From the NCBI GenBank assembly GCA_004431415.1, contig QPMI01000301.1:1-56247 (forward strand): a DNA stretch of 56,247 nt, in the 5' to 3' direction. This DNA comes from Cyanophora paradoxa CCMP329 (lineage: Eukaryota; Plantae; Glaucophyta). The notes beneath the pieces are model-generated. The model was given only the letters and a program-made list of their open reading frames with translations. It was not told where the DNA came from and made no database searches. Shown piece after piece: positions 12,232 through 24,740 of this stretch. The translations under genes were made by a program, and so were the position numbers. Position 1 is the stretch's first letter. Every line of letters starts with the position of its first letter.

Positions 12232-12752
12232 ATGGCCGACGAGGGCGTAAATGTAAAGAGCGAAGGCGGCGTCAAGGCACCGCAGTGAGTTGGAACTCGC
12301 CGGCTTCACGGTCCATCGCTAGTCTCACCTTCGCGCTCCCTCGCCGCGCAGAATCGCGCTGAAAGTGAAGAGCCAGGACGGCAACGAGGTGCGCCCTGCG
12401 CTGCGTGGGGCCGTTCGGCCGCGAAAGCGCGATGTGCACGTTCTTCCCTGATTCTGGCGACGCCTGATGCGTACGCGTTCGCCTGCGCAGGTCCACTTCA
12501 AGATCAAGAAGAGCTCGACGCTGCAGAAGCTCATGGACGCGTACTGTCAACGCATTAGCCAGGCCATGGGGAGCATTCGTTTCATGTTCGACGGGCAGCG
12601 AATCCAGCCCCATCAAACACCGGAGGAGATCGGCATGGAGGACGGCGACGAGATAGAGTGAGCCGCACCCTCGCGCTTGCGCCGCTCCAGCACTAATTTC
12701 CAAGCGCAGCGCCATGATGGAGCAGGTCGGAGGAGCCAACTGCATACGCTAA
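12232..12752 (+). CDS. SUMO: SUMO precursor, copy 1 (3 GT-AG introns)
   Basis: MADEGVNVKSEGGVKAPQ|IALKVKSQDGNE|VHFKIKKSSTLQKLMDAYCQR...RFMFDGQRIQPHQTPEEIGMEDGDEID|AMMEQVGG-ANCIR*. Confidence 0.95.
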
Positions 12753-13576
12753 GCTTCAGATTCTACTGGTTCTGCCCTGCGACGCGGATGCTAAGCTTAA
12801 GCGCCCCGACATCCCCCAGCATTTCTTCGGGGCTGTAGCCAGCTAGAGGTTCTGGCACCTGCAGCGCTTGCATGCTGCAGGGCAGGCATCACCGATATCC
12901 ACCCTCCATATGCGCACGCGCATGCCATGCATATGGCATGCATTCAACCTGTCCCAGACTCTGAGATCTCGAGCTCATGTGCGATCAGAGTCTCCTTCGA
13001 TCAACTCAAGCTTATTCGAATTCCGACATCCCTTCATTAGATCAGCTTCCTTCGATCAAGAGTTCAAGCTAGAGTAATATCGATATCATTGTACATATGC
13101 ATTGCAGTTGTTGATTGTGAGCATTCGATCGCGAATTTGAATTCGAATGCGAATTCGAATCCATCGACATCGATATCATAGCTATATATAGTACTACGGT
13201 ACGTACTAGTATACGTATCGCCGAGTCGCTGAGCCTCGCGATTAGGCCTGCGCATATAGCATATGCATGCAGCTGGGACTCATGATCACAACGTACGGCC
13301 ATATACATATATATATACGTACAGCGTTGATCATGAATGCAACTTGGCGCCGGCAATGTACAATTTGCAACGTTTTAACTGGCAGTTGCATATGCAATAT
13401 GCAACCGTTCATTTAGTATATAATTTGGCTGTCGATCGATCGCGACGTCGATATATTAATAAACGCAATTTGATCTTTTCAGTGAAGGCGTCTTGATTAA
13501 TACTCTACCCTAGCTATAGGCCTCCCCCGTTCGCGCGCGGGCAACCTTTTGAACAGCAGCACACGCAGCGCACACA

Positions 13577-14051
13577 ATGGCGGACGCAGTCAAGACAGAG
13601 GGCGAGCAAAAGGCGCTGCAGTGCGTAATCTCCCTCCGCGCTGGCGGCATTCCCGCGCTCGGCGCCCGCTCATTCGACGCGCAGCATCAACCTGAAAGTT
13701 AAGGGCCAGGACGGTAACGAGGTGCGCTCGTCGGTGGCGTGCGGCCCGCTGCGGTCGTGAATGCATGTTCGCCTCACCGCCTACGTTCGCCTGCGCAGGT
13801 CCACTTCAAGATCAAGAAGACTTCGACGCTGCAGAAGCTCATGGACGCGTACTGCCAACGCATCGGTCAGGCGGCCGGGAGCGTCCGGTTCATGTTCGAT
13901 GGCTCGCGTATTCAGCCTGCACAAACACCCGAAGAGATCGGCATGGAGGACGGCGACGAGATAGAGTGAGCCCCACCCTCACGCTTGTGCCGCTCCGGCA
14001 CTAACTTTCGAGTGCAGTGCTATGATGGAGCAGGTCGGCGGCGCGTGCTAA
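13577..14051 (+). CDS. SUMO: SUMO precursor, copy 2 (3 GT-AG introns)
   Basis: MADAVKTEGEQKALH|INLKVKGQDGNE|VHFKIKKTSTLQKLMDAYCQR...RFMFDGSRIQPAQTPEEIGMEDGDEID|AMMEQVGG-AC*. Intron positions are the same as in copy 1. Confidence 0.95.
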
Positions 14052-14419
14052 ACGAGCCAACGGCGGATGGTTTCTTCCTTCTTTAGTGGGGAGGCGCTTG
14101 CATCAGACGGGCGTTTCCTCTTGAGCATACTTTCTTCTATCTTCCTCCATCTCCTTTTCCCCCTTCAACGCCCCCTCTTTGCCCTAGATCCTCGTAGGCC
14201 GCAGTACTAGTTTCTTGGATATGTTGCCCTGCAGGCGATTCCCGTTGGCCGCCTAATGTTGTTCAGCATTCGGTTTCTGCGGAGCCCTCGACCCGACCAA
14301 CCTAGAGGGCCTGTTTGGCGCAGCCAAAGCGATGCGAGGGTGCGCGATTTGAACAGGATGCTTATGAATATCTGCTCCCAAGTGGGGGTCTCCCCCCCAC
14401 GAGCGACGGGAAGGTAGCT

Positions 14420-17400
14420 TCAGTACTCGTCGTTCGGGGCAACGCGGTTCTTGCCCTTGCCCCCGCGGTTCTGCGGCCGACTCAGCGCCGGCCCGAGGTG
14501 AGGGGCAGTGGCGGGCTAGGGGGCGGGGCGGGCCTTGAGGAGCGGGGTGATGCCGGCGATGGGCTCGCGCTCGATGGCCTCGGCCTTGAGGCGGGCGGCG
14601 GCGGCCTCCTCGGGGGCGACCTGGCCCGTCCCCCCGGGGGCCTTGCCCTTGGGGGCCTTGAGGGAGCTGCGGAGGGCGGCGGCGGCGCCCCACTTGCGGG
14701 GGGAGAGGCCGGTGCCGGCCCCCGCGCCCTCCTCCGGCTCGGCGATCTTGACGGAGCGGAGGGTGGCCCCCTGCGCGGGGCTCCCGGCCCCGCCCCCCGT
14801 CACGGCCGCCTCGAAGCCGGCCTCGCCGTCGGCGACGGTCGGCGAGGCGTCGGCGAGCAGGTCCGTCGCCGGGCGGATCTTCTTGTTGAAGGTCGCCGCC
14901 CGCTTGAAGGCGAGTGCCGCAGCCGCCACGTTCGCCTTCGCCTCGAGGGACATCAGGGCCTTCGTGAGCTGCTCGACGGGGCCGTAGATCTCGCAGATGG
15001 CGCCGTCGGGGTAGCGGAGGAACTGGCGGTGGACCTCCGTCTTGCCGTCGAGGCCGACGGTGGCGATGACGAGGTGCGTGGAGACCTCCTTGAAGCGCTT
15101 GTCCTTCTCGTCCGTCGTCACGTACTCCTGGACGGCGATCTTGCGGCGCGCGCCGCCGTCGCCGCGCCACTTCTCGGCGCGCTCGCAGATGGTCTTGAGG
15201 TCCTTGGCGGAGAGCTCGTGGTCCATGGGGACGAAGAAGTGGGACCAGTCGCCGTTGAGGCGGTGGTAGACGTCGTTCATCTGGCCCGACATGTAGACCT
15301 GCGTGAAGAAGAAGACGAGGAGGAGGAAGGAGATGCCGATGAGCCAGGCGTCGATGACGACGATGGCGAAGACGCCGATGACGCCGTTCTTCTCCCGCGC
15401 CCGGTAGAAGTTGTAGAACATGAACGCCGTCCCGTACGTCTGCCCCCCGCCCCGCCCCCTCACACCCTGCCCGCCCCCGCGAGGGGCGGAGCGGGGCGGG
15501 GCCGGGCGTTGCTGCGGCGCACCCACTTCTGGCGGGCGCAGTCGACGATGAGGATGAGGATGGGGTCGAGGACGGCGGCCACCCCGTAGCACGCGACCAG
15601 CCTGGCCCCCGCAGGCCTCGGCGGCGCGCCCCGCGGCCGGCGGGGGGGTTGGGGCGCACCGCGACCACATGTCCATCTGGGTGTCGAAGAGCTTCACCAT
15701 GGCGAAGGAGATGACGACGATGACGAGGAAGAAGGCGAAGTTGGTGAGGCAGCCGGCGACGGACATGCCGTACACGAAGTCCTGGCTCAGCGTCTCGTAC
15801 GGCGGGAACTCCACCGTCACGTCGAAGGCCCACACGTCGAACTTGAGCGGCTGCACGCGCATCACTGCGGCCCCGCGTCAGCGCCGCCCGAGGGGCGGGG
15901 CGGGGCGGGGGCGGGGGCGGCACCGGAGAAGACGACGTACTGGCCGGCGTAGTAGATGAAGATGCGGGCCCACAGGCAGAAGAGCAGCAGGACCATCTGC
16001 CGCCGCGTCGGCCTTGGCCGGGGGCGGGGGGCGGAGGCGGCGGGCGCACGGTGATCCACCAGGCGGGGTTGCGCCACTGCTTCATCTCGCAGACGAGCTC
16101 GCGCCAGATGTAGACGGGGCGCCGCACGGGGATGACGGAGCCGACGCCGGCGTTGCGGACCTCGAACTTGTAGTTCTCGAGCTCCTCGGTGCTCCCGACC
16201 ATCGTCTCCTCGTGGCGCTTCACCTTGAAGTTGCGCTCCTGCCCGTGCACCACGAAGGTCATCCCGGGCTCCTCGACGCCCATCGACGCCCCGCTCTTGT
16301 CCTTGTCCCGGTAGTCCTTCGGGCGCCGCTTCGCCGAGACCTCCCCGCCCTTGGCCGCGATCACGCTCTGGAAGCTCGCCGACATCGCTGCCGCGCGTCA
16401 GCGGCCCCGCAGGCGCGCGCGCGGCGCGGCGGCGCGGGGCGGACTCGAGGCGGCGCCGAACTTGAAGGAGTTCTGGATGCCGCGCTCGATGTCGGCCTCG
16501 CCGGCCGCCTCCGCCTCCTCCAACAGCTCCGCCGCCGTCTTGATCCGCGGCGCCGCCTCCACCCCCTCCCCCTCGTTCCCCTCCCCCTCCCCCTCCGCCT
16601 TCTCCCCCTCCTCCCCCTCCTCCCCGTCCGCCTTCTCCTCGGGCACGTTCGTCAGGTTGCCCAGCTGGTCCAGCGGCACCGGCTCCCGCGTCTGCCCCCG
16701 CCCTCAGCGCCCGCCACGAGCGCCGCGCCCCGCGCCCCGCCCCGGGGCGGCTCGCCTTGTCGGGCCCGAAGCCGAGGGTCTCCTGGGAGAGGGCGAGCTG
16801 CACCTCGTACTCCTTGTGGCCCTTGACGTACCTGGCGGCCCCCGCTCGCGTGGCGGCGGCGGGGCGGGGCAGCGCGTGGGTGGGGGGGGCGCACCGGGAG
16901 AGGGGGACGACCTCGAAGTACATGTTGCAGAGCCAGCGGTCGAGGTCCTTGTAGTAGGCGCGCTCGTACTTGCGGTGCGTGTCGACCTCGGGGTCCACCT
17001 CGCCCCGCAGCAGCGGCACCCGGAAGCGCCCGTTGACGACGTCGAGGGCGGGGTTGTACATGGGGAAGGCGCCCCAGGCGACGACCTTGTCGGTGGGGCA
17101 CTGGGGCCCCTGCAGGAGGTAGAGCTCGAAGACGAAGACCATCGTGGCCTTCATGTCCGCCTTGGAGGGGCACACCGTGTACACCTTCTGCTCCACCCGC
17201 ATCTCCGACGCGTCCCAGCGCCCCGTGTGGTGGAAGGGCAGCGTCGACCCGAACGTCTCCTTGCCGATGAGGTTCGACCACCAGAGCGGGTAGCCGCCGA
17301 GCTTGTCGTAGCAGGAGACGAGGATGCAGTAGTCGCCGGCGGGGAGCTTGTCGCGCACGGCCCGCAGCATGTGCAGGTTGACCTCGACCGGCTGCGGGGC

Positions 17401-19055
17401 CGACGTCCAGTCGAGCTTGTAGCGGCGGGACTTGATGCCGCCGTACTTATCGCGGGAGAAGCGGAGCTGCCCGTAGTGGATGCGGACCTCGGCCTTGCGC
17501 CGGATGAGCGCCTCGCGGAGCTGCGACTCCGCCTTGCGGAAGGCCTGGCGGATGTTCGCCTGCCGTTCGCGGTCCTTCTGGAGGCGGAGGCCCTCGAGGG
17601 CCTTGTGGCGCGCGAAGAGGGCGTCGAAGGTGGAGCGGACGGAGGCGCGGGCCTCCTTCTGGCGCCCCGCGATGGCGTTCATGCGGCGGTTCTCGCGCTC
17701 CTCGAGCTCCAGGCGCTGCTTGTGCAGGAGCCGGTCCTGCTCGGCGGCCGCCTCCGCCGAGATCGAGCCGACGACGACCGTCTCGGGGACGGCCTCCGAG
17801 GGGAAGATCTCGTGGTGCGGGCGGATGACGCTCGCCACCATCCCCTCCCGCAGCCGCGCGATCTCCGCCAGGTACCTGCGCCCCCCGCCTCAGCGCCGCC
17901 CGGCGCGCGGGGCGCGGGGCGCGGGGCGGGGCGGACCCCTCGAGGAGGTCGGCGGGGGGGCCCGGGACGTCGTCCTCCTCGCGCAGCGGCTCCTCGCTGA
18001 GCGCCTGCTCCACGAACGTCTCGTACAGGCGGCTCCGCTTCGGCATCTGCCCCGCCCCGCCTCCCGCTCGGGCCCGGCGCGCGGGGTGCGCGGGGTGCGG
18101 GCGGGGCGGCGGGGCGCACAGAGGAGCGGACGATGGTCGAGGAGGGCGTCCCGACGGCCTCGATGTTGGAGAAGGGGAAGGGGGCCGGCGAGGCCGGCGC
18201 GATGATGCGCGCCCGCGACTCCGAGACGATCGACGGCCGCTGCCGCACCATCGAGCCGGCCATCGAGCCGCCGAGCATCGAGCCGGCGCTCGGAAGGGGC
18301 GGGCGCTCGGCGCTGCCGCGCAGCGCCTCCTGCTTCGGCATCATCGCCGCCAGCAGCGCGTCCGCCACCGCGTCGTCCTCCTCCCCGCCCGCCGGGTTCC
18401 CGGGCGTCTCCGCCCGCTCGCTGCTCGCCCCCGCCGCCGGCGCCGGTGTCTCCACCCGCCCCTCCCCCGGCGCCTCGCCCCGAGCCGAGCCCGGCGCCGA
18501 GGGCGGCCGGGGCCCGCTGCGGGCAGACTGGGGGCGGGAGGCTGGGCGAGACGGCGGCCGCTCGTCGGGCGTGCCCCGGCCGGATTGCGGGGCGGGGGTC
18601 CCCCGTGCGGAATGTTGGGGCGTGCCGCGGGCGGAGGCCATGGCGGGCGGGACCTGCACGAAGGGCACCTCGGGCACCTGGGCGAGGGCCACCTCGGGCT
18701 GCTCGGCCTCCTCGGGGGGCGCCCCCGGCAGCGGGACCTCCGCCGGGACGCCCATCGCCGCCGCCGCCGCGTCCTCCGGCTCGTCCCTGTCGCCCCCGCG
18801 CGTCGGGCCCCGCCCCACAAAAGGAAAAGAAAGGAGCGCAGCGCACGTGGCGAAGCCGGGGGCGAAGGAGACGGGTGGGGCGCCAGCCATGCTGTTCGAG
18901 ACGCCCGTGACGCGCCGCTCGCGGGCCGACGACCGCGCACTGCTCGAGCCCTCTGCTGCGTCCGTACTGGGTGCGGAGGGCTCATCGGACATGACCCCGG
19001 GCGGAAGGAGCCCCTGCGACTCCGCCAGCTTCTCTGTTCCTTTCCCCTTGTTCAT
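14420..19055 (-). CDS. OFCC1: OFCC1-like (orofacial cleft 1 candidate) large multi-pass membrane protein
   Basis: DWTSAPQPVEVNLHMLRAVRDKLPAGDY...DKLGG...FVFELYLL...DKVVAWGAFP...RFRVPLLRGEVD...DLDRWLCNMYF matches my recollection of the OFCC1 family. It follows a coiled-coil and precedes several TM helices. Last exon NRGGKGKNRVAPNDEY* ends at TGA 14420-14422. Confidence 0.7.
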
Positions 19056-19535
19056 CTGGTGGCGGCGGAGGGGGCCCAGTCAGACAACACCAAGCAGCAG
19101 TGAGCCAGGCTTGTAAGCCTCGGCCATGTCGCGTACGGACGCACTTGATCTCAAGCGAAGCCGAGCCAACAGGATCAGACTGGTAGGGCGCCCCACGGTG
19201 GGGCGCCTGGAAGTTATGCTGTACAGCTATGTAAAGCCGAGCAAAGCGCCGACAGGAAGCGGATCCACACGAGCAGGTATTGGCCACGCTGGCACCAGAA
19301 GTGGCCACAAGACCAGCGGCTCCGGTGTGCTGTTACTGTAGCTGAATCAGTCTAGAGATAGATCTCGTGCGCTGCCGGGGTGCTTTCCAGGTGGTTGCTG
19401 GGTGATGGTGTAGCCCCTGTTGTTTTTTTCGAGGAAAGCCACGCCTAAGCAGCCCACGGCGACGTGTTCGAGGCGCGCGCGCGGCGTCTGCACAACTTAA
19501 ACGTGCACATCGACTGGAGCTCGTGGGCGCCGAGC

Positions 19536-20674
19536 ATGAGTGACGGCGGAGAGTGGGGCGCAGCGCGTGCCCGCAGACAGTTTGACGAGAACGATGTGAC
19601 CGGCGCGAAGTTGCGCACGTACCAGCTAGTCAGCCGGTACCTGCGCTCCAACAAGGCCTCCTTCTCGGAGCGCGAGGCGCTCGTCGCCGTCCTCTCCGGG
19701 ACGCACAATCAACTGGTGACGAACTTCGGTGTGCGGGAGTCCCGCTCCGCGCGACGCTCTGCCGCCCATACCATCCGCAGCGTTGACGGCGCTAGGCGTC
19801 CTGGCGCTCCGGCAGCTCCCGTACGTCCGCAGGAATCTGAAAGCGATGAGCATGCCAATGCGGGCGTTCTCCTTCGTGTCCGGCTACTTCATACTGCCTG
19901 CGGTGTTCGCCAACCGCGCGTTCCGTAGGGCGCGCCTGCGCCCCGTCGCTGCCTCCCCGCGCGCCGCGCCCTCACCAGGCCCCCTCAGGCCATCGACCAG
20001 TGCTCGCGGACGGTCCTCAACCTGCCCGAAGAGAGCGAGATCGGCCGCATGGGCCGCGATATGTGCGCTTCGCCCGCCCTGGCCGCGCCGCGCCGCCCCT
20101 GGCCGACGGGGCGTGGTGGCGGTGGCGCAGCTGGGCGACGATGGCGCCGCAGAGCGACCTGTGGCGGGAGTACGTGGAGCACCGGCGGCGACTGGGCGAG
20201 GAGGTGGGCCCCGACGGGGAGGCCGTGGAGCGCGTACGCGCCCTTGCCCGCGAGCTCGACGCCGAGCGCCGCCTCCGCTCCTCCGCCGAGGAGCCGCCCC
20301 TCCCCCGTCCCCAGCACCAGCACCCCTGGGGGGTGCCCTCGCAGGCCCCCCCCGCTCCCCCCGCCCCCGCTGCCCCGGGGCCGGCGTTCCGCGGCCGGCC
20401 CCCGTTCGGGCCGTCGGGTGCATCTCCGTCAGTGCCGGCGCCCCCTTCCGCGCCGGCGGCCGAGGACGACGATGACCCCTTTGGCCTCGCGCCCCCCCGG
20501 CCCGCTCCCGCGCCCGCCGCCCCCTTCCCCCTACCCGCCTCGCGCCCCAGCGGAGCGTTTCCGCCGCCAGCCGCCCAGCCGCCGCCCGCGGAGGGCTCCC
20601 CCACAGACGCCGGCCATGGGGCGGAGGGGCGGCGTGTTCGCCGCAACCGCTACGGCGACGAGGTCTACGACTGA
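19536..20674 (+). CDS. Hypothetical small membrane protein with Pro-rich tail ending RRNRYGDEVYD (OCIA/Asrij-like layout, tentative)
   Basis: Four exons can be joined in frame across three introns. There are two mildly hydrophobic segments followed by AIDQC...LNLPEESEIGRMGR, and a terminal NxYGD motif. Confidence 0.55.
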
Positions 20675-20903
20675 TAGCCCGGCCGCGGGGCCCCGCCCGA
20701 TACGTTCCACCGCTTTGCCGTGCTTCCCCAATTGCAAGGGCCTCCCCGGCATGTCGTGACGGGCAGGTAGCAACAACAACAACAGTCCAACAGTTGTCGT
20801 GACTAGGATACAACAACAGTACAACAGGCTCGGGCCTAGCCGGCGTCCGTTTCAGGGCCACACGCGGGGCGCAGTGGACAACGGAGCCTCCGGGGGGCGC
20901 GGC

Positions 20904-22367
20904 TCACGACCTGCGGGTTGGCGTGTTCGGATTCAGGGCGCGGGGCACGGCGCGGGGTGGGGACGGGGACGGACCAGCTCCAGCCGCCGCCCCAGCCCCA
21001 GCCGTAGCTGAACGAGTGACCAAACATCATGCCGGCGCCGAGGCCGAGAGCCAACCCCGTGCCGAGTCCGGGGCGCCCCCAGCCGGGGCGACCATAACCG
21101 CCATACATCGGAGCCGCCATAGGCATAGGGGCTGCCACGACCGGTGCGTACATAGGAGCCGCCACCGGCACCCCGTACGGCACTGCCCGCCGCGCCGTCA
21201 GCCCCGGCCTGGGCGGGACGGGGCTCGCGGCGGGGCGCACCCGGGGGCGCGTAGTGCGGCTGGGCATAGCCGTAGGCGGGCGGCGGCTGGTGATAGCCGT
21301 AGCCGGGCTGCTGGTAGCCGTAGCCGGGCTGCTGGTACCCGCCGTAGTAGCGATCGCCCTCGCCGCCGGGGGCGCCGGGCGCAGGGTACCCTGCGGCGCA
21401 TCAAGGACGCCGGAGACGAGGTCGGGACAGCGACGAGACCTGGAGGGGGCGGGCCCGCCGGAGGGTAGCCCTGCGGGTAGCCGCCGGGAGGAGGGGCCTG
21501 GCCCGGAGCGGGAGGGTACGGCGGGGGCGCGGCGCCGTAGGGCAGGCCGGGCTGGCCCCCGGGCGCGGGCGGATACGGGGCAGGGGCGCCGCCAGGGGCG
21601 GGCGGGTACGGGGCGGGGCCACCGGCGGGCGGGGCAGCGCCGGCCGGAGGCATAGCGTTGACCACAGAGAGAGGGATGGCCGAGACGGCGCCGGCGGGGG
21701 GCGTGAAGGCCGCTCCGTCCGGGACCCATGAAACTGCGAATCGAGGTCATTCACGCGCGTCGATGGTTTTGGTATCTTAAGCTACCGCGGAGGTGGGCCT
21801 GTCCGCGAGTTCCGCCCTGTTTCAAGGTCAAGGGGACCCACTGATCCGTCGCCTGGCCTGAGGCGGCCACGCGAGAGACGTCGAGATCGAACGAGCTGAT
21901 GTAATCATCCTTGTCCTTTGCCGCCTTGTCGTACACGCGCGCCTTGAGAGTCCCACAATCTCCCTGCGGCGCAATCTCACGTCCCGCATACGCAACGCGG
22001 AAAGATGTCTTGCCTTGATTTCGAAGACGACATCTTGATTCCTATTCAAACGTACGTCGGCACAGAATGGAATGAGAGGCGGACGGGCAAAAACCAGGAA
22101 GCGTGCTGTCCGCCATTGTCAGCGGCCTTGGTCGAGGCCTGCGCCACACAGTCAGATGCGCCGCGCTCAGAATGCGCGGATGAAGGCGACCCAGCACTGG
22201 AGAAACGCCATGGGCCAGAGGGATTCCCCCAGCGGCGTACACGCAAACGAGCACGCGAGGCGCACCACAGCTTCCCCCAGCCTCATTCGGAGGAAGGGCT
22301 TCGTGTCTGCCGTCGCCCCGACGTCCCGGGCTTCGATAATGTGCACATGAAGCTTGCCGTTGGGCAT
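20904..22367 (-). CDS. C2-domain protein with Pro/Gly/Tyr-rich tail (SRC2-like layout)
   Basis: MPNGKLHVHIIEARDV...KPFLRMRLG, NQDVVFEI and ARVYDK...DDYISSFDLDV...DQWVPL form the C2 domain. These are followed by PYPPAPG/GYPQGYP repeats and a GLGTGLALGLGAGMMFG tail. Confidence 0.75.
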
Positions 22368-22886
22368 CTGTGAGGTGATTACCGGGCGGCTGCAATGGTA
22401 CCGGGCGCGGCTGCGGTTCGCAGCTGCGGGCGGACCTTCTCTCCTGCCGCTAGCTGCGTACCCCCCGACGCTGGTGCCGCCGTGCCGGGTGCCCAAGCTG
22501 CGCATGCCGCGCGGACAACGTCTGCGTCGCGCCCAGCGCCCTTTTCTAGTTAATGATTAGCGTCCGGCCCCCGGCGGCCATGGCCATGCGACGCCTCTCA
22601 CACGCCTGATCATATGCATGAACTCGGAAGCACTGGCGTCATGCATATTACTAAGTTACGGCCCACCCTTCTTAAACTGTGAACCCGCGCGCCGTCGGCC
22701 CTTCAAACATGTCTTCATTGATGTCGACCGTCTGACATCGTGAATTCACGAAAAAATCAGTACCTCGGCCCATTCCACCGTCCAGCTTGTCGACGCCGGC
22801 AAAGGAAATGCATTTTCTATCTGAATGCAGGACTGCAATACGCTAGATCTGAAATCTACACGATAGGCTGCCGCCACAGCCGGTTT

Positions 22887-24487
22887 CTACCCTGGCTCCT
22901 CCTCGGCGCCGCTGCCGTGTCTTGCGGTGTCGTCGCGGCCGCGCTTCTTCGTCTTCTGCTTGCCTAGCTTGCGAAGGTTGCTCTTCGCGAGCGTCTCAGC
23001 CGAGCCGTGACGCGCTGCGCGCTGTATCAGGGCCGAGTCTGAGCGGGAGGGGGTGGGGGTGGCGGGGCAGACCCTGGAGGGCGACGAGCTGGGCGGTTAG
23101 GGCGGCGGCAGCGGCGGCGGGGGCCGCGGCCTCGGCGTAGACGCCGTCGGGGCCGGGCTGGAAACAGAGGGTCGAGGGAGCGGCGGTGACGACCCAGAGG
23201 AGTCCCGAGGCTTGCTCGAAGGCGAGGTCCGACGGCACCGCCGGCAGCTGCAGCCGCTGCGCTTCCGCCAGCGTCCGGCCCTCCGCGATCCGCACAAGCA
23301 GCACCTCTGCGCGCCTGGCCTCGCGCGTCACGCCCCGATGCCGTCCACGCACGCAGCGAAGGCGCACCCTTCGACGAGGACGGCGACGCGGTGACTGACG
23401 GCGCTGTAGGCGATGGAGCCGACGGGCAAAACCGCCTCGCCCTCCTTGGTGGCCTTGGAGACGGGTAAGCAGAAGAGCTCCTCGCCCTGGGCGTACCGCC
23501 AGAGCCGCAGCGTCCCGTCCCCGGACCCCGAGACGAGGAGCTCCGGGTGATCCGACGGGATGCACAGCTTCGTGACGTACTCCTCGTGCCCGAGGCAGTA
23601 GTTCTGGATTTCAAACGTCCGGGGGTAGTTCGTGACCCGGATCTTCTCGTCGCGGTCCGCGGTCAAGACGAACTTGCCATCCGGGCTGAAAATCTATGCA
23701 GCGCGGGCAACGCCCGTCTCAGCCCTGCCACCAACTCAGTGGGGGCGGCCTGCTAGAGAGGCCTGCCGGAGCTCACCAGATCCGTCAGGATGGACATGTG
23801 GCCCAGGAGCTCGCGCGGCTCCTTGGTCGCGAAGTCGCTCGTGATCTCGACGCCGTACACGAGGCCGAACTTGTCGGCGACGAGGAAGTGCTTGCTTTCG
23901 CGGTCGAAGCTGCCGGCACTGATCTTCTTCTTGAATCCCCTGCACAAGGAGATCAGTTCGAGATCGCGCAGCGAAGCGAGCGGCGATGGGTGCGAGAAAC
24001 GCACCGGGACCCGAGTAGCTTGAAGCCATCGCATGACCAGAGCTTGCCTTGCTTGTCATCGCCGCAGGAGAGCAGGCGGGAGGCTGTTGAGTCAAACTGG
24101 ATCGAGCGAACGAGCTCCGAATGGCCGCCCTTCTCAAGCTCCTCCTCGCCGACAAATGCACCGTTTCTGTGCGGGAGATCGGTCAGCGAAGAGGTTCGGT
24201 CGCGATCGGCTCGCGATCGTTGACGGAAAATTAGAGCAGCTTCAGCGCCCAGTAACTTGGTCATCACTGTTCTATCAGCAGAACGAAAGTTTGTGATTTT
24301 TACGTAGTTCATCCCTGTGCTCTCCCCCGTTCGACACAGCGGGGGGAAACTCGCACCGTCTGTCGTAGACGCGGATTGAAGGCCCATACGTGACAGCTAC
24401 GTGCGAGCTGCCCGCGAGGGCGATCAGCGACGCCGGTCCGCCCCTCTCCTCCTCCTCTCTCTCTTCTCTTGCTTCGTCGTCGCTCAT
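22887..24487 (-). CDS. WDR4: tRNA (guanine-N7)-methyltransferase non-catalytic WD40 subunit Trm82/WDR4
   Basis: Signature motifs LVADKFGLVY, LLGHMSILTDL, LTADRDEKIRVTNYP...IQNYCLGHEEYVT, LVSGSGDGTLRLW. Confidence 0.92.
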
Positions 24488-24740
24488 GGGTACGCGACTG
24501 ATTCGAAGGGGGTACAAGGCTCTCGAGCCTTGCCGCTTTGTCCTCACCAGGGAGCCCAATCGAATTGGAAGCGTGAGGCGCGCGGTGCGAGCTCTTCTCT
24601 CTACCTAGACGCGTGAAGCAGCGTGCAGGCATCCGAAGCAGCTCCACGGCGACACAACAGCCGCATTGGGAGCCCCACAACAGCTCGCATTGGCTCCCCG
24701 CGACGGCCCCGCAATAGGCGCGGCGTGGGCCGCGAGAGCT

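Noticed and set aside
12750-14422. Non-standard genetic code
   Set aside because: TAA, TAG and TGA all terminate recognisable genes, and apparent internal stops resolve as introns.
20772-20825. CAA-rich repeats between convergent genes
   Set aside because: Ordinary degenerate microsatellite in 3' UTR sequence.
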